Below are positions 51,809-62,086 of a DNA stretch of 64,000 nt, one piece after another. The first letter of the stretch is position 1; every line of letters starts with the position of its first letter. This DNA comes from Diplonema japonicum. Taxonomy: Eukaryota > Protista > Euglenozoa: Diplonemea. The stretch covers positions 186,001 through 250,000 of the forward strand of contig OZ025669.1 in assembly GCA_964019335.1 (NCBI GenBank), in the 5' to 3' direction. The notes below the pieces were generated by a model that saw only the letters and a program-made list of their open reading frames with translations, did not search any database and was not told where the DNA came from. Made by a program: the position numbers and the translations under genes.

Positions 51809-52810
51809 CTACAAAACACGGAGGATAGTAAGCCCGGCCTTTCCTGCCTTCCTAGGTCTGACTCCAAATTTAGCGGCGTAGTCGAGGACCTTATTAGATA
51901 GGGGGAGGGGGAGCATGGGTTCGACAAGGCGTGACATGACGGGAGTGGATACGAGGTGCGCGAAGGAGGTGGAGATGGTGTCGAGGAGTGCGAGGAGCTT
52001 GGGCCGCGTGCGGTCGAGGATAACGATAGCAGCGCCCGAAGGAAGGGACGTTATGAGGGATTGCATGAAGACAAGGAACGCGTCTTCGTGGTTGGTCATT
52101 TCGGTCATGGTGTAGAAGAAGGTAACAAGCATCGGCCGCCAGGAATCGCCACGCTGGAAGGGGTCCGCAGCAGCAGCGGGAGTCGTGATGTCGATCCCTC
52201 GGAACAGGGCTGTACCTTGCGAGATGTTGTCAGACTCAGTCCAAAAGCCTTCCCAGTAAGGGAGGTCGTAGACCATGGCGTCGGTGTTTTTGTTGAGATA
52301 GCCAAGCATGCCACGCAGGGCAAGCCAGTCGGTGCTGGGACCGCCACCGTAGCACGCGACAGGAACCGACGAGACTGTCTCTAGGTACAAGTCATCGAGA
52401 ATGAGCTGTCTATGCCGTAGAAGCGTGATGCATGCAATACACGAATTGTACGCCGTGTACTTCAGCAAGTACCCCATTCGCACCGTCTCGTTCTCGTAGC
52501 TATCGGCGCTGAAGGTCGTCATGCAGTAGGACTGCGACAGCTTCTGCATTGTGGTTTTCATGGTTTCTTTCATGGCGTCTACTTTTTTCTTTGCGTTCCT
52601 GAGATCCAGTTTCTTCGCCCCGGGTTCCACCCCAGTTTCATTCTGGAAAAATCTTCCGCTGTATCTCATCACGCACTTCAGGATAGGATCGAAGACATGT
52701 GTCCCGCTTGTTCCCACTTTGCACACCTCGACTGGCTTTTCCGTATCATCGATATACGAACTGATCTCTTCCATCCAGTCCTCTCTCGTGAGGTTCAGTG
52801 AACGCGCCAT
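51809..52810 (-). CDS. Class I SAM-dependent methyltransferase-like protein
   Basis: Motif I-like VACYGGGPSTD, acidic YD after beta-2, GIDIT, LVTFFYTMTE, LPSGAAIVILD. Confidence 0.65.
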   Translation of the reverse strand: MARSLNLTREDWMEEISSYIDDTEKPVEVCKVGTSGTHVFDPILKCVMRYSGRFFQNETGVEPGAKKLDLRNAKKKVDAMKETMKTTMQKLSQSYCMTTFSADSYENETVRMGYLLKYTAYNSCIACITLLRHRQLILDDLYLETVSSVPVACYGGGPSTDWLALRGMLGYLNKNTDAMVYDLPYWEGFWTESDNISQGTALFRGIDITTPAAAADPFQRGDSWRPMLVTFFYTMTEMTNHEDAFLVFMQSLITSLPSGAAIVILDRTRPKLLALLDTISTSFAHLVSTPVMSRLVEPMLPLPLSNKVLDYAAKFGVRPRKAGKAGLTILRVL

Positions 52811-52871
52811 TTTCCTAAGGGTGTGGATAGGCTTTTCCTTTTTTTTTCTTCATTTTTCTTGAATAAACTTC

Positions 52872-53372
52872 TTATATTCCATTGTAAGTCACCGAGTTTA
52901 CCCATTTGTAGTGTGGGAGGTCGGGAAGAGGTCGTTCTTGGGTGCTTGTCTGAAAGAGGCCCTCTCGAATCTCGCGGGGAGAGGAACTCCTGACGATGTC
53001 TGCCACATACAGCCGTATGATGTTTGTGAGCCATGTGCACTGGATCGTCTCGGAGACAGCTAGCATGGATAGCAGAAGTTTGACCCCCCCTGTCTTCATC
53101 ACTCGCTCTAGATACTGCAGGTCCCATTCTTCAAGGATGGTGTCCAGCTTGTTGTTTTGCAAAGACCGCCGGAGGTGCGGAACTCTCGGGTCTCGCACCA
53201 CCCCAAGCTCATCAACGTACCGGACCTCGTCTCTCTTTTGTACATACTCTTCAATGAACCCACCTGTCTCACCATGTACCTCCACCAGTTCCTCCTCGTC
53301 AGTTTGCTTTACTAGATCGGATTTCAGGACGTACTCCCTTTTGTCCCCCGCATTAAATAACCGGCAAACCAT
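52872..53372 (-). CDS. Divergent Skp1-like protein
   Basis: EEWDLQYL..LLSMLAVSETIQCTWLTNIIRLYVADIVRSSSPREIRE parallels the Skp1 C-terminal EWD.EFL..LFELILAANYL.I..LL...VA.MIKGK.PEEIR pattern. ATG 53372. Confidence 0.65.
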   Translation of the reverse strand: MVCRLFNAGDKREYVLKSDLVKQTDEEELVEVHGETGGFIEEYVQKRDEVRYVDELGVVRDPRVPHLRRSLQNNKLDTILEEWDLQYLERVMKTGGVKLLLSMLAVSETIQCTWLTNIIRLYVADIVRSSSPREIREGLFQTSTQERPLPDLPHYKWVNSVTYNGI

Positions 53373-53468
53373 CCTGGGTAAAGGGAGCACCTTTTCTTTT
53401 GGATTTTTGAAAATGCCAGGCTTGCTTTAAAAAAACAAGGGGGGGGGGGAAGGCAAACTTCGTTTAAA

Positions 53469-55415
53469 TCAGAACGTCCCAAAAGAGTTCTTCAAGTGTC
53501 CAGGGTGCATGCAAGTGTAATCGTCGCTTCTGCTCTCGATGTCGGATTTTAAGGTGTTCAAATTCTGACGGAACTTCTCAAGAAGTGGCTCCATGGTGGT
53601 GTCGACGAAGTTAGCAGGGTCATACTCGCCGAAGGAAGTTTCGGGAGGTGGGATGTTGAGGTCAGTGAGGTGCTTGCCTTGCATGACGTAAGCCGTTGCC
53701 ATCTGGATGAGCGTAGCACGTTTTGTGGGCTGAAGGGCGAGCACGTCTGCTTCCGTGAAGGAATCTTTAAGTTTATCGATGGGAGGCTCGACGAAGGTGT
53801 CACCCGGGTAGAGGTGCACAGACCCGTAGTAGTCGTAAATGGCAGAGGAATGGACTTGGTACAATACCGAACAGAGAAAGATAATGGTTGTGATGTTGAA
53901 AACAATGGGCTCCCAGGGCCTTGCAGGGTGCAGTTCCATGACCCGTGTCACGCGTATAGACATTTCTCGTATCCATGCTTTGAGCTCGTCGTCTTCCTCG
54001 ATGTCGTCTGCCTTTGTGTAGTACTTCTTGATGGTCTCCATGACATAGGTCTCGGTGATGGACCAGAGCTTCATCCCGTCCTCGGAGTATCGGTACTCTG
54101 AGAGCTCGTTGGGGAAGTCCATCCTCTCCGTGCAGTCGTGGAGAAAGGAGTTGTTGTTGAAGTCGTACTTCAAATACATCATTTTGCAGAATTCCTTCAG
54201 CCCGCCTTTGTGGGTCTCCTCGGACCCCAGCGTCCCGTCGCCCTCGGTCACCTCCCCGTTGAAGTCGAACGCCAGGAACTTCAACAACAACCCAGTGTCG
54301 CCCTGAGAGAACAACTTGTGCCAAGCGGTGCCTATCGCCAGACAGCCTTTGATGTGAGGTTTCAAGATCTGACGAATGGGGTGATGGATGGAAAGGCATT
54401 TGCAGACCATTGCTTGCATTGCGCTCCCCACCATCACGGTTTGCATATACATAACACCAGCGATGTGGTAATGCAGCTCCACCTGGTTAAAATAAAGCTT
54501 TGCAACCGTCCACGCCCAATAGTTATCATCAGGGGTGTAAATGGGGTTGACGGGCACCTTTTCTCCGGAGCACTCGCCGTAGAGCTGTATCGCGATTGGC
54601 ATTAACGGCGCGTCCTTTCCTTTGTAGAAAACGGCTATGGGGTTGCAAAGCACGGCTTGTTTACGAGGGGGCTTGTGTTCTTTATTCTCCTTCTCGTCTT
54701 TCCTTCCGTATCGTATGCAGTCCTTGAACAGCACGGAGTAGTCGATGATGAAGATCCTGCCCGCTTTCATCGCGGACTCGATGGAGGGCTCCTTTATCCT
54801 CCCGATGACGTCTTCTTCACGTAGTTTGAACGTTTTGGGTAATTCTCGTTTTTCTTGCCGGATGGCAGATTGTGAAGCTCCACGGAGTTTGCTTCGTGCC
54901 CAGGCTTCGTCTTCCCATGAAGCTTCTCCAGCAGGGCGTGGAAAGCCACCTGTTTCGTGCAGGGTTTCATGCATTTCGTCAATAGATGCCCATTGTTCAT
55001 CGCCTAACCTGGAGTGGAGGATCCGTTTGGTGAACTCGCTGCCTAGTTTTTCTTGGCAGACTTCTCTGATCTGTGTGTCGAAGTCAGTGACTTCCCTGTA
55101 GAATGATGTGAACGCTTCACAACCCCCAACCCCAGGGAGATCGATGGGCCAGCCTGATTTGTTAGCGTCAGGGCTTTCCTTCTTCATCCCGTCTATCCGT
55201 TTCTTCACCTGTCGAAACATCACCTTGCAATCGTATCCTATAGACATGTCTTGGACCTCTTGTTCCCTTTTTCCGTGTAAGGGGTCTACTTGTGGTAGGC
55301 AGCATCTCGTTGGTTCCTTTTCTTCCGCTTTCCATACTGTGTATGGAAGGCCTCTCCCTCCAATGTTTATGCCGCACCCACAGTCAGCGTTAAGCTGTGA
55401 CGGGGCAAGCCCCAT
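53469..55415 (-). CDS. Lipoxygenase-fold protein lacking iron ligands (probable pseudoenzyme), N-terminal MG
   Basis: GRIFIIDY, LMPIAIQL, IYTPDD..WTVAK, HPIRQILKPH, YRYSEDGMKLW, DDELKAW, C-terminal YTCMHP..LKNS. ATG 55415. Confidence 0.85.
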   Translation of the reverse strand: MGLAPSQLNADCGCGINIGGRGLPYTVWKAEEKEPTRCCLPQVDPLHGKREQEVQDMSIGYDCKVMFRQVKKRIDGMKKESPDANKSGWPIDLPGVGGCEAFTSFYREVTDFDTQIREVCQEKLGSEFTKRILHSRLGDEQWASIDEMHETLHETGGFPRPAGEASWEDEAWARSKLRGASQSAIRQEKRELPKTFKLREEDVIGRIKEPSIESAMKAGRIFIIDYSVLFKDCIRYGRKDEKENKEHKPPRKQAVLCNPIAVFYKGKDAPLMPIAIQLYGECSGEKVPVNPIYTPDDNYWAWTVAKLYFNQVELHYHIAGVMYMQTVMVGSAMQAMVCKCLSIHHPIRQILKPHIKGCLAIGTAWHKLFSQGDTGLLLKFLAFDFNGEVTEGDGTLGSEETHKGGLKEFCKMMYLKYDFNNNSFLHDCTERMDFPNELSEYRYSEDGMKLWSITETYVMETIKKYYTKADDIEEDDELKAWIREMSIRVTRVMELHPARPWEPIVFNITTIIFLCSVLYQVHSSAIYDYYGSVHLYPGDTFVEPPIDKLKDSFTEADVLALQPTKRATLIQMATAYVMQGKHLTDLNIPPPETSFGEYDPANFVDTTMEPLLEKFRQNLNTLKSDIESRSDDYTCMHPGHLKNSFGTF

Positions 55416-55692
55416 TTTAAGAGAACAGAAATAAAAAAAAAAATGTGTTGCAGTGTAATCTTTAAATGGGGTTTTGTCATTGCTGTCGTACTTTTTAAAA
55501 AACAAAAAAGAAAACGAAAGGAAAAAGAATTCTCAAAGGGAAAAAAGCGGGGGGGGGGGGGGGGGGGGGAATGGAACAAACCCGATACGGAAAAGAGGAA
55601 AGAGAATCGTGTGTGTTTTTTTTTTCTTTGTTCTGTGTTTGTTTTTTCTTTCTTTAGTACACTCCCCCCCCTTCCCCTTTCCACTCTCCTCC

Positions 55693-57169
55693 CTAGTCAT
55701 CCTCGTCGTAGCTATTAATATCGGGATTGGAGTCGAAAAGATGGTTCAAGTTGTGCAGCATGTGCTTAGGCTTCAGCATTCCGAGACCACGAACCTGTGT
55801 GTTTGAAAATTATTTATAATTTCTCGTTAAAAAAAACAAAAACCTGTAGGAGCTGCCGAAGGTTCCTGTCGAGGAGGATGGTTGCCTTGTTATATTTCTG
55901 CTTGTCCGACCCACGGGCACAGAACAGAGGATAAAGCTCCGGCTTGATCGTTTCAAGTACCTGCTCGTGTATGTATGACCGAGAAGCAATAGGGTAGACA
56001 GGGTAGCGTAAGGGGACACCCCAAATCTTGGAGAGAAGCTGTATGCAGTGCGCGACATAACCAAGGGCCGTCGCTGCTTCATCGTCGAGAGCCTGCGCAG
56101 TGCCGCTGGAGAGCTGCATGCCGCAGATGGTCCATGTGTCCGTCCCCTTCTTGATTTCAATAGGGAATATCGCCCTTAGGGACGCAACTAACTGCTGCTT
56201 TCTGCTCTGTATCTGCATCTCAGCCATCACCATGTTGTTCTTCAGCTCCAGCTTTTGGTCGTGCGCTTCCTTTTGCGACTCTTGCTTCTCGCGTATCCTC
56301 TCAACAGCCTGCGACACCGATGCCGATTCCCGTGCAGTAGCTTCCCTCTTTTTAATCAACTCCGTTTGCTTCTGCTTCAACCGTTCCCTTGTCGCTTCGA
56401 TCTTCAGCCTCAAATCCATAATATGCGACTGTCTGTGCTCCTTCTCAATACACTTCGCTCTGTGCACCTCTTGCTTCTCGAGTATTGAGGATATGGTAGA
56501 TTGAAGGGATGTCACATTCTCCTCGCTGGCCTGCAATGCGTATGCGAGGGCGACCATACGGGTGACGCTGTATTTAATATCAGCAATGGATTGAGGGACG
56601 GTTTGGTCGGAGGGCTCGCGTGTGTCCTTAAGAGAGTAGTCGACTTCGAGGCTGCAGGATTCGTAGTCTTGATGGAGGGAAGGGGATGAGATGGCTGAAA
56701 GGTCTAGCTTGTCAGGAGAGGTGCTGATGAAGACGCCATCGTGGAACTCAAAGAAGACACATGGATCGTTGATGTATGCCAGTTCCCCTACCGCTTGCGC
56801 CACCAACTCTATCATCTTGAAGTTCACTGTGCACCGCATCACTTCCTCGTCGTTTTCTTCGCACACCACTACCGTGAAAGCTGTCTCTCTCACGTCATTT
56901 ACATTTCTACCATCCTTCATCACCTCAGGCAGCTCGCCCCACATCGGGTTCAGTGTCCCCTCTACTGTTTCTGTCTTAAATAGTTCCTCCCCATCCACCT
57001 CGTCCCCCTTGAACAGTTTGCAATATGTCGTCAGCAGCTTACCCTTGTGGTCCATGTTCCGCACCAATATGCTCTGCAAATGCCGTAGTCTCCTGCTGCC
57101 CTGCGGTAGTATTATCTTCTTCGACACCACGGTCCACCCGTTCTGGTCGTTGGTGATGTACCCCGCCAT
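55693..57169 (-). CDS. UVRAG/Vps38-like PI3K-III complex subunit (C2, coiled coil, BARA2); 1 intron
   Basis: LRHLQSI..TETVEGTLNPMW C2-like region, coiled coil, ATALGYVAH..LRYPV..SRSYI..YPLF; intron 55795-55843 restores the tail VRGLG..HMLHNLNHLF..*. Confidence 0.82.
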
Positions 57170-57292
57170 GGTTGTCTCCCTCCTCTCCCCCCTAGAGGAT
57201 TGTCCAAATCCAAGAGAAGAAAAAAGAAAGAGAAAAAAAAAAAAGAAGGGGTGTAACAAGAAAAAAGAGCATCTTCTGTACAATTCTAATAT

Positions 57293-57928
57293 TTATTGTC
57301 TCCGCGCCGCTTCGATCGTCTCCGCATTCTTGGCAAGCATGTCTCGCAGCGAGTCGGTTTCAGCTGCACGCTTCTTAACAGGAGTGGCGGAGATAGTGGG
57401 AGCGGGTACTGATAATTTCTGGGGGGTGGCAGGGGTTGGCAGCAACCTAGAAGGGACGGAAGAGAGAAGGTGCACCATGTTGTTGAGACGGTCGTACTTT
57501 TCCCTTTCAATGGCATGCACAGCGTGGGTGTTGTAGCTGGTGTAAGGACCTTGGTAGTGGTGGTAGTCGGGAGCTGCAACTGGCGACATCTCTCTGTACT
57601 CTTGTGGTCTCTCCACCCTTGGTGACGGCTGCTCTGTGGGCCTCGGTGACATCGACATTTCTCTCCTCTCCTGCACATCTTCGCAGCACGCAGCTAGAAA
57701 GTGTTTCCATGCCTTCTCCGCTCTCTTTACATGTGTCACCCATTTGTACACGATCTCTGTCCGCCCTGACTTCTCCTCAGTCTGCAGCTTGAACACCTTC
57801 GGACACATAGCCAGCATCTCTTCCAGTTCTTCGATCCTCTTATTTGCAACTCTCAACTTACCCTCCAGTTCCACCACCCTGAGGCCCTCGTAGCCCCCAC
57901 CATTCAGCATCACATCTAGGCCCTCCAT
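57293..57928 (-). CDS. Hypothetical protein with short N-terminal coiled coil
   Basis: 211-aa ATG ORF in cluster orientation. Confidence 0.65.
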   Translation of the reverse strand: MEGLDVMLNGGGYEGLRVVELEGKLRVANKRIEELEEMLAMCPKVFKLQTEEKSGRTEIVYKWVTHVKRAEKAWKHFLAACCEDVQERREMSMSPRPTEQPSPRVERPQEYREMSPVAAPDYHHYQGPYTSYNTHAVHAIEREKYDRLNNMVHLLSSVPSRLLPTPATPQKLSVPAPTISATPVKKRAAETDSLRDMLAKNAETIEAARRQ

Positions 57929-58047
57929 TTCTAAAAGTGTTCACGTCGGTCGAAACACAACTGGAGACAATGAAATACATAAGAACTAAACACATAAACA
58001 GGCAAATCTTAACAGAAAAATAAAATAGCACATAAAAAAGCTGGGGC

Positions 58048-59769
58048 TCACTTTTTTTTCTTCCAGAGGAAGCTCATAGGGTCGGAGAATCTCGAGGAGA
58101 CAGAGGTTCTCTTCTGTGGGGACTGGACAGTGGGGGAAGGAGACGGAAGATGCTTGGTTTGCCTGGCCGCAGTGCGTGAGTCGGTTTCATAGTGGGCGTT
58201 GTTGAGGATTTGTGTGTGAAGTGCCTTCATGAGTTGGGTGTCCTTGTCATGGGTGTGTTTTGTGGGGCTCTTGACAGACTTATGTGTCCCGGGTGTTGTT
58301 GGTTCGTATCGCTGAGGTGTTGCTGCGTGCTGATGCTGATACTGATGCTGCTGCTGGTACTGCTGCTGCTGTAGTTGGTACTGCTCATAGGAGCGGTTCA
58401 GGTCCGTTTCCTGTGCGCTCTGGGGAGTCATCATCGGTATGTAGGGCGCTGTCCGCGCAGACGGCTTGTGCTTGGGTGTGACTTGAGAAGAGGCAGCCAC
58501 AGTGGCACCACCCAACCCCAACACTGTCCCAGTCCCCAGTCCACTGGGACTGGGCCTGCTCCCTGGAATCCCCTTTTGGCTTTTATATTGTGTCTTGAGG
58601 TCCGTCAGCTTCATTTCCTGTATCTGGACGATCTTGTCCCCCTTTACGTACGCCTGCTTCAGCCCCTTCATCTTCTCCAAATCTTCGTGGATCTTCCTCT
58701 TCAGCTCTTCGATCTCCAAGTGCAGCTCGTCTTCCTTTTGCAAGTGCTCATTCGTCGCGATGACATCCTCATCACGCAACTCGCTCGACTGGATGTGCCA
58801 TGTGACCTCGTTGTTGTCCATGTGGCGCTCAAGCTCAAGTATCTTGCTGCAGAACTCGTCTTCCTGCCCTTCAAGTTGTGCCGTGAAGCCTTTTTCGAAT
58901 ACCTGTTCTTCAACGTCAAAGACCTTTTCTTCTGTTTCGAGCTCTTTAATTTTAGCATTCACGGACTTGGTGTAGGCTTTAATCTTCTCGCTGCGATGCT
59001 TCGCGATGTTCAGTTCCCGCTTCTTCTTGTGTGCCTCCTTCTCCCAGTACACGCGCTTTCTCCTTTCTACTAAAATGGCCTCGATCAGTGCATCGTCATT
59101 CATCTTATCTGTCACGTGCGGCTGAGGTGGCGGCGTCGAGTAGTTGAGCCCAGTCTCACTGATGGCCTCGGGGAGCTGTGGTAGGGGCCGCTTAGGCTTA
59201 GTCTTCGCATCTGGTTTTGGTGGTTTATCTGCTTCAGCAGGGGGGCCAGGTTTGGAAGGCTTAGCAGGGGCTCCCGGTTTAGGATTTTTAGCATCAGCAG
59301 GAGGGGCTCCTCCTGGTTTAGCAGGTTTCTTAGCAACATCTGGAGGAGGGCCTGGTTTAGAAGGCTTCTTAGCATCAGCAGGAGGGGCTCCTGGTTTACT
59401 ACCATCAGGTGCTCCAAGCTTTGCCGGCTTCTTCTTGGTTTCATCAGGAGGAAGACTTCCTTTTGCAGGTTTCTCATCGTCAGGAGGGGGTGGTGGTGGT
59501 GACGGCTTTTTGTCGCTCGGTGCAGGCTTTGCAGGCCTTTTACCCGTTTCTTCTTTCTGCTGATCATCCTGTTCCTTTGGTTCTTTGGTTTTCTTTTTCT
59601 TCTTTTTCTCTTCCTCTTCTCCCCCGCCTTCTACATCCTTTGTTTTCTCCTTTCCATCCCCCTTTTCCGTTTTCTCCTTTTTCGTATCTTTCTTAGGCTT
59701 TGCGTCCTCGTCGGCTTTTTTCTCCTTCGGCTTTTTTTCTTTTTTCTCCTTCGGTTCCTCAGCGTCCAT
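58048..59769 (-). CDS. Lys/Glu- and Pro-rich repeat protein with central coiled coil
   Basis: ATG 59769; KE-rich start, KPGAPPADAKK repeats, coiled coil, poly-Q tract. Confidence 0.75.
   Translation of the reverse strand: MDAEEPKEKKEKKPKEKKADEDAKPKKDTKKEKTEKGDGKEKTKDVEGGGEEEEKKKKKKTKEPKEQDDQQKEETGKRPAKPAPSDKKPSPPPPPPDDEKPAKGSLPPDETKKKPAKLGAPDGSKPGAPPADAKKPSKPGPPPDVAKKPAKPGGAPPADAKNPKPGAPAKPSKPGPPAEADKPPKPDAKTKPKRPLPQLPEAISETGLNYSTPPPQPHVTDKMNDDALIEAILVERRKRVYWEKEAHKKKRELNIAKHRSEKIKAYTKSVNAKIKELETEEKVFDVEEQVFEKGFTAQLEGQEDEFCSKILELERHMDNNEVTWHIQSSELRDEDVIATNEHLQKEDELHLEIEELKRKIHEDLEKMKGLKQAYVKGDKIVQIQEMKLTDLKTQYKSQKGIPGSRPSPSGLGTGTVLGLGGATVAASSQVTPKHKPSARTAPYIPMMTPQSAQETDLNRSYEQYQLQQQQYQQQHQYQHQHAATPQRYEPTTPGTHKSVKSPTKHTHDKDTQLMKALHTQILNNAHYETDSRTAARQTKHLPSPSPTVQSPQKRTSVSSRFSDPMSFLWKKKK
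59215..59470. repeat. Imperfect coding minisatellite (~33-39 nt, PAKPGAPPADAKK)
   Basis: ttagcatcagcaggaggggctcct and cctggtttag units repeated on the + strand. Confidence 0.7.
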
Positions 59770-59876
59770 GTTTGCCAACCGCCTGTGGGGTGTGTGGGTG
59801 ACTCAATACTCAAAATTTAAAAAAAAGACAGTTCAATCTTTTAAAAAAAAAAAAGCTACAAAAAGGTCCCGCGGGT

Positions 59877-61019
59877 TTACTTACCCACCTTCCATGTTGC
59901 CAGGTGGTTTCCCCTATCAAAAGAGGTTTGCCGAGGCGGGGGGAGGTTGGCCCTGGCACAGAGCGCCGTGATGGTCGGCGTGATCATAAGCCCTTGAAGC
60001 ATGTGCAACCCAAGATACTTCCTGAAGCCGACAAGATCACCCACTTCAACAAACAACTCAAGCGTCTCTCGGGAAAGTCGATAGTCGGGGGGACAGGCTT
60101 CGTAAATCCGCACACACCTGTCGAGACACTGCACCTTAACACCCTCTGACACAACAGTCTCCCGCATGGCAACAATGCACAACTTGACGAACTGACGCAG
60201 CGTATCTGTCGTGAGCCGTATTTTCATGTCATGTGCCCTGTCAAGGACACCAAAGGCACCTTTTACATCACGTGAGGAGACGTATACCCATAACAAGGAT
60301 CGGAAGGCGTGCGTGTCGATTTTTATTGCCGATTTGAAGTACACCTCAGCACGTGACGGATCAGCTTCACGATGAGGCGGCCTTGCGGCGCAGTTTTCTA
60401 TTAAAGACGCTGTGAAATACGTGTTTCTAGCATCTATACCCAACCGTTGCATCTCTTTTAAGATTTTTTCGACGTTTTGTTCACTTAAAACTGGAATCAA
60501 CGCGCACAATAAATGTGCGTCCGGTCGGACCCCTCTCCGCTTTGCTTCTTCGTAGGCGTCTAGTGCGTTGCTCTCGTTCCCTAGTAAAACCTGGCATTTG
60601 ATCACCTCTGTGAAGGTAACGACGTCGGGATCGAAGCCTCTGTCGAGCATCATTGTAAATAAGTATGCTTGTTTTTCTGCGCCCTTTTCCTTAGCGTGGT
60701 ACCGCATCATGCTGTTGATGACGTTCAGGGACAGCAAATGCGGTTTTTTCAAAAGTTTTTCGTTGAATATTCGTTCAGCCACACGGCCGTGCTTCATAGA
60801 GATCAGCTCAGACACGATGGCAGAGTGGGCTCTTTCTTGGAACGAGTGTCCCTCCTCCTTTAGTTTTTCACACCGTGCCATGAACTTCTTCCATCTTAAA
60901 TTGTCGTTTTTCCTCAATGTTTTAGAATACTCTTTCAGTTCCTTCGCCGTCCTTGTATCCGCCATTACATTCCCGGCACGGTATATATTATAGACCACTT
61001 TTGTTACTCGGATTGACAT
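59877..61019 (-). CDS. Pentatricopeptide repeat (PPR) protein
   Basis: 35-aa repeats VINSMMRYH..LFTMMLDRGFDPD / VVTFTEVIKC..YEEAKRRGVRPD / ..EMQRLGI. Confidence 0.82.
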   Translation of the reverse strand: MSIRVTKVVYNIYRAGNVMADTRTAKELKEYSKTLRKNDNLRWKKFMARCEKLKEEGHSFQERAHSAIVSELISMKHGRVAERIFNEKLLKKPHLLSLNVINSMMRYHAKEKGAEKQAYLFTMMLDRGFDPDVVTFTEVIKCQVLLGNESNALDAYEEAKRRGVRPDAHLLCALIPVLSEQNVEKILKEMQRLGIDARNTYFTASLIENCAARPPHREADPSRAEVYFKSAIKIDTHAFRSLLWVYVSSRDVKGAFGVLDRAHDMKIRLTTDTLRQFVKLCIVAMRETVVSEGVKVQCLDRCVRIYEACPPDYRLSRETLELFVEVGDLVGFRKYLGLHMLQGLMITPTITALCARANLPPPRQTSFDRGNHLATWKVGK

Positions 61020-62086
61020 TTAACCGGGGGGGGCGGAGGGGTTTTTTTTTATGAGGCCATTTTTGGTGGTTTGTTCTTTTTTTTTAATACTTTTTTTCTT
61101 TTTTTTTTCCTTCTTCTTTGGTTGTTTAACTTAAAGGTAGAACAAAAAAAAAACAAAAAAAAAAAAAAAAAAAAAAACACAAGGGGGAAAAAATGGGGGG
61201 AAGGAAGTAAAAAGAGAGGAGAGGAGAGGTCATCGAGTGGCAACGAAGTTCTTTTTTTTTTTAATTTGATCTTACGATTTTGCTATTGTATGCTGATGGC
61301 TCACTTTCTCTTTTTTTTGTCACTCACGGTGGCCCTGTGACAATTCCCCCCCCCCCCCCCCCTTCCATTTTGACCTTTTCATTTGATTAAAGTTCTCTTT
61401 TTTAAAAGCACTTCTTTTTTATATTTAATTTATTTAATATTTACTGCCGACCATTTTCTTGCGATTTCCTTTTTTTAATATTCTTTTTTTTTAATAATAT
61501 AAATTTTATCGCCTTTCGTTCTTTTTCTTTTCTTTTTTCTCCCCCTTCCCCTCCGATCTATCCCCTTGACACGCACGCCCCCCCCCCCCCCCCCCCCCTT
61601 CAAGAAAAGACTAGGTATGAGGACAGGAAGAAGCCTACAAACCCGTGGTGTAAAAGAAGAAGAAAAATCACTATGATGAAAGAGTAGTGTCAGCAACGAC
61701 CCCATCCTAGTGAAAAGAAGACAACATAAGCCATTTCCCTATTTTTTTTTCAAAAAGATTTTTTTAAAAGAAAAATGAAATGGGAACTCAAAGCAAAATT
61801 TATCTCTTTTTTTCCCTCCCTTTGTATGTGCAAAAAGTCGGTTTTTTGGCTCTGTGCATTAAAAACAGAGCAAAATCAACTGTCTCATTGCAAAATAAAT
61901 GGGGAAAAAGATAACCTAGCCGACGGGGAGGGGGAATGGAAAAAAAAAGGCAGTGAAAGACCGGTTTTTGTTGTGTGTTTTTTTTTTTATGAAAAAACTT
62001 CCTTGGGAGAAATGCACAAACCGACGAATAAGAAAGAAAAAAAAAAATGAGGAAAAAAAAAGAAAACAAGAAAGGAAAAACACCCC

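Noticed and set aside
61668-61715. Perfect box C (ATGATGA) on the + strand
   Set aside because: No matching CTGA box D nearby, and antisense to the cluster.
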